DNA of 64,000 bases. Origin: an uncultured Acidaminococcus sp. Lineage in GTDB: Bacteria > Bacillota > Negativicutes > Acidaminococcales > Acidaminococcaceae. Shown here piece by piece: positions 30,470-39,627 of the stretch. A program made the position numbers and the translations under genes. How positions within the stretch are numbered: the first letter of the stretch is position 1; each line of letters begins with the position of its first letter. The stretch lies in NCBI RefSeq assembly GCF_900538365.1, contig NZ_UPXT01000003.1; one strand, given 5' to 3'. The notes under the pieces are model-generated. The model was not told the origin of the DNA and searched no databases. It worked only from the letters and a program-made list of their open reading frames with translations.

Positions 30470-32512
30470 ATGCAGATCATCGTTGCGGAACCCTGTGGAT
30501 TTTGTTATGGAGTAAAACGTGCGATAGACATTGCACAAATGAACGTAAAAGGATATAATACTAGTATTGCCACCCTAGGTGAAATTGTTCATAACCCTCG
30601 GGTTGTGGAATCGCTTGCGCAAAAAGGTGTACAATGCAAGGAAACACTGGCCGGTTTTTCTGCTGGTGATACGGTTATCTTTCGGTCCCATGGTGCAGCC
30701 CCTCAAGTTTATGAGGAAGCAGAGCAAAAAGGACTTAAGATCATTGATGCCACTTGCCCCCATGTGCGAAAAGCACAAATGACAGCCGCCGCTTTTTCTA
30801 AGGAAGGTCGATTTGTCATCATCATTGGGGAGAAGCGTCATCCTGAGGTGCAAAGTATCAAGGCTTGGGCAGGTAAGGATTCTCTGGTCATCGAAACAGA
30901 AGATGATGTGGAATCTCTTCCTGTAAGAGATAAGTTTGGCGTAGTGAGCCAGACGACTTTTGAGGCAGGGAAGTTTAACCTTCTGCTTCATCTGTCGCAG
31001 GAGAAACGATCTGGTGACTACAAGGTGGAAAGAACCATCTGTACAGCCACTGCTGAACGGCAGGAAGCAGCAAGGAAGCTTGCTGGAAGCTGTGACGCGT
31101 TCTTTGTCTTTGGCGGGAAAAACAGTGCCAACACACGCCATTTGGCGGAGCTTGCACAACCCATCAATCCGCGAACCTATCTTTTACAGGACGCTAGTGA
31201 GATTACCTTATCCATGCTTGCCGGAGCAGAAAAAATTGGCATTACTGCTGGTGCATCTACACCGCAGGAAATTATTGAGGAGGCTATTGTAGCTATGGAA
31301 ACGATGGAAGAACTGTTGGGACAAGAAGAAAGCATGAAACTGCACATTGGTATGATCGTAGAGGGCACGGTCATCGACGTAACTAAAGATGAAGTGGTTG
31401 TTAACTTTGGTTACCAGAGCGAAGGTTCCGTACCTTTTGACCAATGGGTTCAGGGTGGTACCAAGGAAACCGTCGCTCCCACTGTAAATAAAGGCGATAA
31501 GGTCACGCTGAAAGTCATTGCCAGCGAAAACCAGGATGGTCTCGTTGTTCTTTCCAAGACGAGAGCTGAAGCTGACCAGGCTTGGCTGAAACTGCCGGAA
31601 GAATTCACGGATGAAAAGAAAGTTGTTACCGTTAAGGGCCTGCGTGCTGTCAAAGGCGGCCTGACCGTTGCCTATGAAGGCTTGACGGGCTTCATTCCTG
31701 CTTCTCACCTTGATCTTAGACATGTGGATGATGTCAAGGAATATGAAGGCAAGGAACTTGAAGTTTCCCTTCTTGAAATCAACCCTGAAAAGAAACGTCT
31801 TGTCTTCTCCCGCAGAAATGTCCTGAGAGAAGAACGTGCTGCCAGAAACGCAGCCTATAAGGAAGAACGCGCTCGTCGTGAAGAAGAACGCAAGGAAGCC
31901 ATGGATAAGGCTTTTGAAACCTTCCATGAAGGTGAAACTGTTGAAGGGACGATTCGGAGCATTGTTGATTTCGGCATGTTCGTTGAAATCGCACCTTTCG
32001 TTCAGGGTCTTGTCCATATCTCTGAAATTTCTTGGGATCGTAGCGTCAAACCGGCTGATCTTTACAAAGTCGGTGACAAAGTTGAGGTCTATATCAAAGG
32101 TCTCGACGCTGAAAAAGGTCGCATCAGCCTTTCTGTCAAAGCTCTCCAGGAAGATCCTTGGCAGGCTGCCGCAAAGAATATCCATGTCGGTGACATCGTT
32201 ACCGGTACGGTCCTTCGCTTCCTTCCCTTCGGTGCAATTATCAAATTGAACGATAAAAACGAAGGCATGATCCACATCTCCGAAATTTCCGAACAGCGTA
32301 TCGAAAAACCGGAAGATGTTCTGGAAGTTGGTCAGGAAGTCAAGGTCAAGGTTCTGCGTGTTGACACGGAACATAAGAAGATTGCCCTCAGCATCACCAA
32401 AGCAAAGGAAGATGCTGAAAAGGCTGAAATGAGCCAGTACCTTGGCAAAAAAGGCGCCCTCTCCCAGGATTTGGGCGAAAAACTCGCTGAGGTTGAAAAC
32501 GAAGCCAACTAA
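30470..32512 (+). CDS. ispH: Bifunctional 4-hydroxy-3-methylbut-2-enyl diphosphate reductase / ribosomal protein S1
   Basis: N-terminal LytB/IspH (MQIIVAEPCGFCYGVKRAI) followed by four S1 repeats. This fusion is known in Clostridia and Negativicutes. Confidence 0.9.
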   Translation: MQIIVAEPCGFCYGVKRAIDIAQMNVKGYNTSIATLGEIVHNPRVVESLAQKGVQCKETLAGFSAGDTVIFRSHGAAPQVYEEAEQKGLKIIDATCPHVRKAQMTAAAFSKEGRFVIIIGEKRHPEVQSIKAWAGKDSLVIETEDDVESLPVRDKFGVVSQTTFEAGKFNLLLHLSQEKRSGDYKVERTICTATAERQEAARKLAGSCDAFFVFGGKNSANTRHLAELAQPINPRTYLLQDASEITLSMLAGAEKIGITAGASTPQEIIEEAIVAMETMEELLGQEESMKLHIGMIVEGTVIDVTKDEVVVNFGYQSEGSVPFDQWVQGGTKETVAPTVNKGDKVTLKVIASENQDGLVVLSKTRAEADQAWLKLPEEFTDEKKVVTVKGLRAVKGGLTVAYEGLTGFIPASHLDLRHVDDVKEYEGKELEVSLLEINPEKKRLVFSRRNVLREERAARNAAYKEERARREEERKEAMDKAFETFHEGETVEGTIRSIVDFGMFVEIAPFVQGLVHISEISWDRSVKPADLYKVGDKVEVYIKGLDAEKGRISLSVKALQEDPWQAAAKNIHVGDIVTGTVLRFLPFGAIIKLNDKNEGMIHISEISEQRIEKPEDVLEVGQEVKVKVLRVDTEHKKIALSITKAKEDAEKAEMSQYLGKKGALSQDLGEKLAEVENEAN

Positions 32513-32527
32513 TTAAAGGAGTCTCCA

Positions 32528-33577
32528 ATGAAAAGCCGGGAAAGTCGTAAGCTCGATCATATCCGATACGCACTTTGTATCGGGGATGGGCCTTGCGCTT
32601 CCGGCTTTTCTGACGTTCATCTGCTTCATCATTGCCTTTCAGGCATCTGCCGCGATGAGGTAGAGCTGACTTGTTTCCTGCCTGGACTGCCTGCACTTAC
32701 CCATCCGATTATCATCAATGCCATCACAGGCGGCGCAGACTCGGTCGCAAAAATTAATGAATCCCTTGCTGTCGTTGCCCGCGAAACGGGTTCAGCCATG
32801 GCAGTGGGTTCTCAATTTGGTGCGGTGCGGACGGGATTTCATCGTGACAGCTATACCATTGTTCGTAAGTGCAATCCCAAGGGGCTTATCTTTGCCAATT
32901 TAAGTGCTTTTGCCTCTGTAGAACAAGGAAAGGCTGCCGTTGACATGATTTGTGCCGACGCCCTTCAGATTCATCTGAATCCTGCTCAGGAACTTGCCAT
33001 GGAAGAAGGAGATCGGGACTTTTCAAAGTGCCTGTCCCATATAGAAGCCATGGTTCAAGGTGTCGGGGTCCCTGTCATTGTCAAGGAAACAGGCTGCGGC
33101 ATGGCTCAAAAAGAGGCCCAGGCCCTCCTTGATGTTGGTGTCACGGTCCTTGATATTGGTGGGGCAGGAGGAACGAATTTCCCTGCCATTGAGCATCAGC
33201 GCTATCCAGAAGGCAATGAAGAACTTGCGGAATGGGGCATTCCTACAGTCATTTCCCTGCTGTCCGTCGTAGAAGCGGCCGGGTGGGGAAATGGGGTCAT
33301 TGCCTCAGGGGGCATCAGGAGCGCCCTTGATGTGGTCAAAGCCCAGGTCCTCGGGGCTTCGGCGGTTGCCATGGCTGGGAATCTGCTTCAAAAGCTCCAG
33401 CAGGAAGGAATTGAGGAAACCATTCATTTCCTGCGGCAGCTGCTGAAGAAGGTCCGTGATTTTTACACCCTTCTTGGTTGCAGGACCTATCAGGACCTTC
33501 AAGAGGCGCAATTTTATCTAACCGGCGAGACGGCTCAAGCCGTTTCATGGCTCCGGAAGCATGATCAGAATGAGTGA
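32528..33577 (+). CDS. fni: Type 2 isopentenyl-diphosphate delta-isomerase
   Basis: RKLDHIRYAL N-terminus, FMN TIM-barrel. Confidence 0.85.
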   Translation: MKSRESRKLDHIRYALCIGDGPCASGFSDVHLLHHCLSGICRDEVELTCFLPGLPALTHPIIINAITGGADSVAKINESLAVVARETGSAMAVGSQFGAVRTGFHRDSYTIVRKCNPKGLIFANLSAFASVEQGKAAVDMICADALQIHLNPAQELAMEEGDRDFSKCLSHIEAMVQGVGVPVIVKETGCGMAQKEAQALLDVGVTVLDIGGAGGTNFPAIEHQRYPEGNEELAEWGIPTVISLLSVVEAAGWGNGVIASGGIRSALDVVKAQVLGASAVAMAGNLLQKLQQEGIEETIHFLRQLLKKVRDFYTLLGCRTYQDLQEAQFYLTGETAQAVSWLRKHDQNE

Positions 33578-33591
33578 AAGAGGAATCCTAT

Positions 33592-34920
33592 ATGAGTAAA
33601 CCCATTGTTGCCATTGTCGGCAGACCGAATGTCGGCAAGTCAACGTTATTCAATATTTTCGCAGACAGCCGCATCTCCATTGTGGAAGATACACCGGGTG
33701 TCACGCGGGACCGTCTTTATGCCGAAGCAGAATGGCTCGACCGTCGCTTCATGATGGTCGATACGGGCGGAATTGAAATTGCCAATACCGACTCCATTGC
33801 TGTTTCCATTCGGGAGCAGGCTAAGATTGCCATCAAGGAAGCCGATGTCATCCTCTTTGTCTGTGACGCTCGTACGGGGGTTACGACGGAGGACCAAGAA
33901 GTGGCCAAACTTATCCGTATGGCCCAAAAACCGGTCGTCCTTGCTGTTAATAAAGCCGATACGCCGACCCAGGAATTGGAAGCCTATGAGTTCTATAACC
34001 TGGGCATTGGCGAACCTTATATGATTTCGGCGTCAAACCGACTCAACCTCGGAGACCTGCTTGATGCCGTTGTATCCCATTTCCCTGATGAGGATGAATC
34101 TGACGATGACGAACATGATGACGTTATCAAGGTCGCTATCATTGGCCGACCGAATGTGGGCAAATCCTCCATCTTCAATGACATTATTGGCCAGACCCGC
34201 TCCATCGTCAGTGATGTAGCAGGGACAACCCGTGATGCCATTGACGTTCCTGTCATGAAGGATGGGCAGACTTATCTCTTCATAGATACAGCAGGAATGC
34301 GCCGCAAAGGGAAAATCGACGAACCGATTGAAAAATACAGCATCATCCGGACCCTGCGTGCAGTGGACCGTTCCGATGTTGTCCTCATGGTCCTCGATGC
34401 CGTTGAGGGGGTGACCGAGCAGGATAAAAAGATTGCAGGCTACGCCCACGAGGCGGGTAAAGGCATTGTCCTTGTTGTCAATAAGTGGGATTTGTATCAA
34501 AAGGATGAGATGTCGACCGTTCACTATACGGAAACTATCCGCAAGGAACTCATCTTCATGCCCTATGCCAATGTCGTTTATGTTTCGGCTCTGACGCAGC
34601 AGCGTATCAGCCGCCTGCCTGATCTCATCAAGGATGCGGCCGAAGCCAATGCCATGCGGATTTCAACGTCCATCCTCAATCAGGTTGTAACCGATGCCGT
34701 GGCCATGAACCAACCGCCGATGGAAAAGGGCAAACACCTGAAGATCCTTTATGCAACCCAGGTCAAGGTTAAACCGCCGACCTTCGTGATTTTCTGCAAC
34801 GAACCGGAAATCATGCACTTTTCCTACCAGCGTTACCTGGAAAATAAGCTGCGGGAAGCCTTTGGATTCCAAGGAACGCCCATCAATCTCATTGTCCGCG
34901 GCAAGAATGAAGAAAACTGA
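33592..34920 (+). CDS. der: Ribosome-biogenesis GTPase Der (EngA)
   Basis: Two tandem G domains (GRPNVGKST occurs twice) plus a KH-like C-terminus. Confidence 0.95.
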   Translation: MSKPIVAIVGRPNVGKSTLFNIFADSRISIVEDTPGVTRDRLYAEAEWLDRRFMMVDTGGIEIANTDSIAVSIREQAKIAIKEADVILFVCDARTGVTTEDQEVAKLIRMAQKPVVLAVNKADTPTQELEAYEFYNLGIGEPYMISASNRLNLGDLLDAVVSHFPDEDESDDDEHDDVIKVAIIGRPNVGKSSIFNDIIGQTRSIVSDVAGTTRDAIDVPVMKDGQTYLFIDTAGMRRKGKIDEPIEKYSIIRTLRAVDRSDVVLMVLDAVEGVTEQDKKIAGYAHEAGKGIVLVVNKWDLYQKDEMSTVHYTETIRKELIFMPYANVVYVSALTQQRISRLPDLIKDAAEANAMRISTSILNQVVTDAVAMNQPPMEKGKHLKILYATQVKVKPPTFVIFCNEPEIMHFSYQRYLENKLREAFGFQGTPINLIVRGKNEEN

Positions 34921-34942
34921 CCCATAAGGAAGGCGCATTGGA

Positions 34943-35557
34943 ATGAGTGTATTGTTAGCAGCTCTTATCGGGTATTTCATGGGGTCCATTCCTTGCGGCC
35001 TCGTATTTGTGAAAGCCATCTGTGGTATTGATATTAGGCAGTATGGAAGCCATAACATTGGGACGACGAACGTCTTTAGGACTGTCGGTGCCCGCATGGC
35101 TTCCCTGGTCTTATTGGGGGATCTGGGCAAGGGCGTTGTGGCTCTTATGCTGGTCAGCCGTTTTGTTTCTACTGACCTTTGGCCGCAGCTCATCTGTGCA
35201 GCTGCCGCCATCTTGGGACACAGTTTTTCCTGTTTCCTCCATTTTAAGGGCGGCCGGGGCGTTGCCACCGGGCTTGGTGTCCTGCTTTATTTTATGCCTG
35301 ATGTTTCTGTCTTTGCCCTTACGGTGTGGCTTGCCATCGTTTTTGTTACGCGCTATGTCTCTTTGGGCTCTATCGTGGCTGCCTTTTGTGCGCCCCTTGG
35401 CGCCTACTATTTGGGCTACGATCTTTCCCTTGTGATTTTCACAGCAATTATTGCTGCTGTTGTCATTGTCCGCCATTATGAAAATATGGTCCGGCTCTTT
35501 CATGGCACGGAAAACAAGATTCGGGAAGGTCATTTGTCCTTGAAAGATAAAAAATAA
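34943..35557 (+). CDS. plsY: Glycerol-3-phosphate acyltransferase PlsY
   Basis: 204-aa polytopic protein with the HNIGTTN motif. Confidence 0.9.
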   Translation: MSVLLAALIGYFMGSIPCGLVFVKAICGIDIRQYGSHNIGTTNVFRTVGARMASLVLLGDLGKGVVALMLVSRFVSTDLWPQLICAAAAILGHSFSCFLHFKGGRGVATGLGVLLYFMPDVSVFALTVWLAIVFVTRYVSLGSIVAAFCAPLGAYYLGYDLSLVIFTAIIAAVVIVRHYENMVRLFHGTENKIREGHLSLKDKK

Positions 35558-35567
35558 GGAGGAACCC

Positions 35568-36563
35568 ATGTCCATAGCTGTAATTGGTGCAGGAAGCTGG
35601 GGAACCGTCCTTTCGGAAATCCTTGCTGATAATGGCCATGACGTCGTGCTTTGGGCTCGGAATCCAGAAAAAGCCGCTCTCATTGAACAGACGCGGATCA
35701 ATACCGACTATCTGCCAGACCTTACGCTTTCACCGTCCATTCATGTAACCCACAATCTTCAATGGGTAGGAAAAGCGAAGGTCCTTGTCTTTGTTGTCCC
35801 TTCAAAGGGAATGGAGGCTTTGTGCAGGGATCTTTCTCAGGTCTCAAAGGGGAAAGGGAAGATCCTTCTTACCTGTACAAAAGGCTTCTCGCGGGAGACG
35901 GGAGAGCTGATGTCGGATGTGTTGGAACACTATTTTCCTGAGTCGCAGGCCATTGCAGCACTCAGCGGTCCCAATCTTGCCAAGGAACTTGCCCAAAAGC
36001 AGCCGGGAGCTTCTGTCATCGCTTCCAAGGACCCCAAGACAGCCAAAACCTTGCAAGATCTTTTCCTCAATGGATATTTTCGCCCCTATATTTCAGAGGA
36101 TATCCTCGGTGTTCAGTTATGCGGTGCCCTAAAAAATTGCTATGCCCTCGTGACGGGGATGATTTCAGGTATGGGGCTTGGTGAAAACAGCCAGGCAGCC
36201 CTTATCACCCGCGCCCTTGCAGAAATGACAAGGCTGGGACTCAAACTAGGGGCTCACCAGGAAACCTTTGCCGGGCTGAGTGGAATCGGAGATCTTGTTG
36301 CGACCTGCACAAGTCCATTGAGCCGCAACCATACAGCAGGCACCCTGCTTGCCCAAGGAAAAACTGCTGATGAAATTGAACGGGGAACCCATATGGTCAT
36401 TGAAGGCATGAGTACCACAAAGACCGTTTATGCCCTTTCCCACAAACTCGGCGTAGAAATGCCTATTATCGATCAACTTTACGAAGTCCTGTACCATCAT
36501 AAGGAAATTACTCTTGCAGCCCACGATCTTATGTCACGATCGGGAAAGAAAGAGTGGAACTAA
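35568..36563 (+). CDS. gpsA: NAD(P)H-dependent glycerol-3-phosphate dehydrogenase
   Basis: IAVIGAGSWGT Rossmann start. The der-plsY-gpsA order is conserved. Confidence 0.9.
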   Translation: MSIAVIGAGSWGTVLSEILADNGHDVVLWARNPEKAALIEQTRINTDYLPDLTLSPSIHVTHNLQWVGKAKVLVFVVPSKGMEALCRDLSQVSKGKGKILLTCTKGFSRETGELMSDVLEHYFPESQAIAALSGPNLAKELAQKQPGASVIASKDPKTAKTLQDLFLNGYFRPYISEDILGVQLCGALKNCYALVTGMISGMGLGENSQAALITRALAEMTRLGLKLGAHQETFAGLSGIGDLVATCTSPLSRNHTAGTLLAQGKTADEIERGTHMVIEGMSTTKTVYALSHKLGVEMPIIDQLYEVLYHHKEITLAAHDLMSRSGKKEWN

Positions 36564-36574
36564 TTGCTGAATTA

Positions 36575-36583
36575 TGATATAAT
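36575..36583 (+). promoter_or_regulatory. Extended −10 promoter (TGaTATAAT) for the ACT-hom-thrB operon
   Basis: TGATATAAT at 36575-36583. Only a weak −35 is present. Confidence 0.5.
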
Positions 36584-36630
36584 GTCCTTCTAGAAAGGAT
36601 AAATATTCTTTGGAAAAGGATAGATGCAAC

Positions 36631-37083
36631 ATGACAAACGAGAAAAAATCAGAGTTCTATTTAGTCAGAGAGGAAATCCTACCCGAAGCCATCAAAAAAA
36701 CGATTATGGTCAAGGAAATCCTCAAACGCGGTAAACTTAAGACTGTCAATGAAGCTGTTGCAAAGGTTGGGCTAAGCCGTAGTGCATACTACAAATATAA
36801 GGATTACGTCTTTCCCTTCTATGATGCAAGTCGTGAAAAGGTCATCACTATTTCCCTGCTCCTGGAACACAAACCGGGCGTTCTTTCTAGCGTTCTCAAC
36901 ACAATTGCCGCTGATGGGGGAAGTGTCATCACGATCAACCAAGGTGTTCCCCTACAGGGTGTTGCCAACACAACCATTTCCGTGGAAACAAAATTCCTCT
37001 CCATCGATATGGAGGCCCTACTGGACAAAGTTCGCCTCATCGAGGGAGTAAAACGGCTGGACGTGCTTGGTCAGGTCGATTAA
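36631..37083 (+). CDS. ACT domain protein (UPF0735 family)
   Basis: About 150 aa with a C-terminal ACT fold (ITISLLLEHKPGVLSSVLNTIA). Commonly found upstream of hom in Firmicutes. Confidence 0.75.
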   Translation: MTNEKKSEFYLVREEILPEAIKKTIMVKEILKRGKLKTVNEAVAKVGLSRSAYYKYKDYVFPFYDASREKVITISLLLEHKPGVLSSVLNTIAADGGSVITINQGVPLQGVANTTISVETKFLSIDMEALLDKVRLIEGVKRLDVLGQVD

Positions 37084-37096
37084 AGGGGTCCTTATT

Positions 37097-38398
37097 TTGA
37101 AAAAAGAAATCAATATTGGGCTTTTAGGTACAGGAACTGTTGGTGGAGGCGTGATCCTTGTCCTGAAAGATCATGAGGCGCTCATTACGGAACGGGTGGG
37201 GACGCCTATCCGTATCAAAAAAGTGTTGGCAAGGCATCCGGAAAAGGTGCGTGCCTTGGATCCGTCCCTGCCAGTTGTCACGGATATTGAAGATATCATC
37301 GGTGACCCTGATATTGATATTGTTGTTGAACTGATTGGGAGGGAGCATCCTGCCCTTGAGTATATGAAAAAAGCCTTGATGGCCGGTAAGAACGTCGTCA
37401 CAGCAAATAAGGATGTCGTAGCTGTTCACGGGAAAGAACTTTTTGAACTGGCTGCCGCCCATCATGTTGATTTTCTTTTTGAGGCATCGGTAGCAGGGGG
37501 AATCCCCATTATCCGACCGCTCAAGGAATCCTTGGCAAGCAACCGTATTTCGCTCATTATGGGTATCATCAATGGAACGACGAACTACATGCTGACCAAG
37601 ATGACCGAGGAGCATATGGATTTTGCCGAAGTGCTCAAACAGGCACAGGAAAAGGGCTATGCCGAGTCGGATCCGACCGCTGATATTGGTGGTTTTGATG
37701 CGGCACGAAAAATTGCCATTCTTTCTTCTATTGCCTTCAATACACGGGTCCATTTGGATGAAGTCGAAATTGAGGGCATTGAAAAGATTTCCCTTCGCGA
37801 TATCGTCTACGCTGAGGAACTGGGCTATACCATCAAACTCTTGGGCATTGCCAAGCAGCTGAAAAATGGGAAGATCTCGGTTGGGGTCCATCCGACAATG
37901 CTCCGTAAGAATCATCCTCTTGCGTCGGTGGATGATGTTTTCAATGCCGTCTACATCGAAGGTAAGCCAATCGGTGAAGCCATGTTTTATGGACGCGGTG
38001 CTGGACGCTTCCCGACGTCCAGTGCGGTTTGCGGGGATATCATTGAATGCGCTCGCAACATCCATGAAGGATGCAACGGACGGGTTGGCTGCACCTGCTA
38101 TGAAGAGAAAACCTTGGCTCCTAAGGAGGAAGTCTTCTCCCAGTTTTACGTGCGTCTCCTCGTTGACGAAGCACCGGGTGTCCTGGCTCAGATTGCCAGT
38201 GTTTTTGGCAAACACGCAGTCAGCCTCTTCAACGTTCTGCAGACTCGAAAATTGGGTGATTTGGCAGAAATTGTCGTGATTACCCATCCTGTTTCCGTTT
38301 ATGATCTGGAAGAAGCCACAAAGGAACTGGCCGTAACGAAGGTCGTCAATCGCATCAGCAACGTACTTCGCGTTGAAGATGACCAATCCCTCTGTTAA
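37097..38398 (+). CDS. hom: Homoserine dehydrogenase
   Basis: (M)KKEINIGLLGTGTVGGGV aligns to the B. subtilis Hom N-terminus, with a C-terminal ACT domain. The chosen start is TTG at 37097, 8 nt after AAAGGGG. The ORF is open from 37067. Confidence 0.9.
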   Translation: MKKEINIGLLGTGTVGGGVILVLKDHEALITERVGTPIRIKKVLARHPEKVRALDPSLPVVTDIEDIIGDPDIDIVVELIGREHPALEYMKKALMAGKNVVTANKDVVAVHGKELFELAAAHHVDFLFEASVAGGIPIIRPLKESLASNRISLIMGIINGTTNYMLTKMTEEHMDFAEVLKQAQEKGYAESDPTADIGGFDAARKIAILSSIAFNTRVHLDEVEIEGIEKISLRDIVYAEELGYTIKLLGIAKQLKNGKISVGVHPTMLRKNHPLASVDDVFNAVYIEGKPIGEAMFYGRGAGRFPTSSAVCGDIIECARNIHEGCNGRVGCTCYEEKTLAPKEEVFSQFYVRLLVDEAPGVLAQIASVFGKHAVSLFNVLQTRKLGDLAEIVVITHPVSVYDLEEATKELAVTKVVNRISNVLRVEDDQSLC

Positions 38399-38418
38399 GT
38401 AGATAAAGGAGTGGAAAT

Positions 38419-39357
38419 ATGGATGTTCAAAAAGTCACGGTCCGTGTACCTGCAACTTCCGCAAACTGCGGACCTGGGTTTGACTGTTTAGGGCTCGCCT
38501 GTTCCCTCTATAATATTTTCACTTTTGAACGGATCCCGCAAGGAATCGAAGTTTCAGGGGTAGGGGAAGGTGCTGAAAGCCTTCCTTTAGGCCGCCATAA
38601 TCTGGCGGTCTCTTCCTTTTATACATTATGGGAGAAACATCAGGGGAAAGCCACGGGAATCCGTGTTACAAGCGTCATCCACGTACCTGTTTCCAGAGGG
38701 CTGGGGAGCAGTTCCACGGCGGTTGTGGCCGGGCTTATGGCAGCTAATGCCATGCTGGGATCACCGCTGACCAAAAACGAACTGGTTACGGAAGCAACCC
38801 TCATTGAAGGGCATCCGGATAATGTGGCCCCGGCAATTCTCGGTGGGATTACCATTAATGTTATGGCTGATGATAAGGTGAGCAGCCTGCATTTCCTGCC
38901 GGCCCGTCCCCTGGGCATGATTGTTTTGGTTCCGGCCATTCATGTATCTACGGAAGAGGCCAGGAAGGTTCTGCCGAAAGAGATTCCCTATAAGGATGCT
39001 GTGTTTTCTACTAGTCGGGCAGCCATGCTCGTTGGCTCGCTCCTTACAGGACAATTTGAAAACTTGCCGGAAGCCCTGGAAGACAAGTTACATACGCCGT
39101 ATCGGCTTTCCCTGATTCCGGGGGCGGCAGAGGCCCTTAAGGGGGCCCGCGATGCCGGTGCATACAATGCTGTCATCTCCGGATCGGGTTCGACTCTCAT
39201 GGCCTATGTGCCGGAGGGAAAGGACCGTTCCTGTATAGCGGCGGCCTTGGCAGCGCCTTTCCAGAAGCTTGGCATTGCCTACACCCTCCATCAAGTCAGC
39301 CTAGATACAGAAGGCGCAGTCCTTTTCGCGGCGGATGAAGCGGAAATGGCCCATTGA
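38419..39357 (+). CDS. thrB: Homoserine kinase
   Basis: GHMP kinase with the PATSANCGPGFD motif. Confidence 0.9.
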   Translation: MDVQKVTVRVPATSANCGPGFDCLGLACSLYNIFTFERIPQGIEVSGVGEGAESLPLGRHNLAVSSFYTLWEKHQGKATGIRVTSVIHVPVSRGLGSSSTAVVAGLMAANAMLGSPLTKNELVTEATLIEGHPDNVAPAILGGITINVMADDKVSSLHFLPARPLGMIVLVPAIHVSTEEARKVLPKEIPYKDAVFSTSRAAMLVGSLLTGQFENLPEALEDKLHTPYRLSLIPGAAEALKGARDAGAYNAVISGSGSTLMAYVPEGKDRSCIAAALAAPFQKLGIAYTLHQVSLDTEGAVLFAADEAEMAH

Positions 39358-39392
39358 AGTCTCCTTATTTTTGCAATTTCAAAAAATAAGGG

Positions 39393-39421
39393 TTGACTTT
39401 ATGGAGAATATCGAGTAAAAT
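39393..39421 (+). promoter_or_regulatory. Sigma-A type promoter for tRNA-Pro
   Basis: TTGACT, 17 nt spacer, TAAAAT, ending about 12 nt before the tRNA 5' end. Confidence 0.6.
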
Positions 39422-39433
39422 TACTACTGTTGT

Positions 39434-39510
39434 CGGGGCGTGGCGCAGTTTGGTAGCGCGCTTCCTTGGGGTGGAAGAGGTCGTGAGTTCGAATCTCGCC
39501 GCTCCGACCA
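39434..39510 (+). tRNA. tRNA-Pro (anticodon GGG)
   Basis: Manually folded cloverleaf: 7-bp acceptor stem (CGGGGCG/CGCTCCG with one G·U), D arm GCGC/GCGC, anticodon stem CTTCC/GGAAG with loop TTGGGGT, T arm GTGAG-TTCGAAT-CTCGC, encoded CCA. G37 fits tRNA-Pro. Confidence 0.85.
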
Positions 39511-39521
39511 ATTTGTGATTT

Positions 39522-39556
39522 GACGCCATAAAGTTCGAAACTTTGTGGCGTTTTTT
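39522..39556 (+). terminator. Rho-independent terminator after tRNA-Pro
   Basis: acgccataaagtt-cga-aactttgtggcgt followed by TTTTTT. Confidence 0.85.
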
Positions 39557-39627
39557 CATGCCTCTTTCAGGGTATGATCATGGCATATGGAGTCGACCTT
39601 AACCGAGCCTTAGGAGGAGTTTCATCG

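Noticed and set aside
31208-32374. 388-aa minus-strand ORF inside ispH-rpsA
   Set aside because: It is a shadow ORF antisense to the S1-repeat region. The S1 repeats on the + strand are unmistakable.
37124-38386. 420-aa minus-strand ORF
   Set aside because: It is antisense to hom, and the protein it predicts has no recognisable features. Homoserine dehydrogenase on the + strand aligns convincingly to the B. subtilis Hom.
39365-39559. 64-aa minus-strand ORF
   Set aside because: It overlaps the tRNA-Pro gene and its promoter and terminator, so it is spurious.
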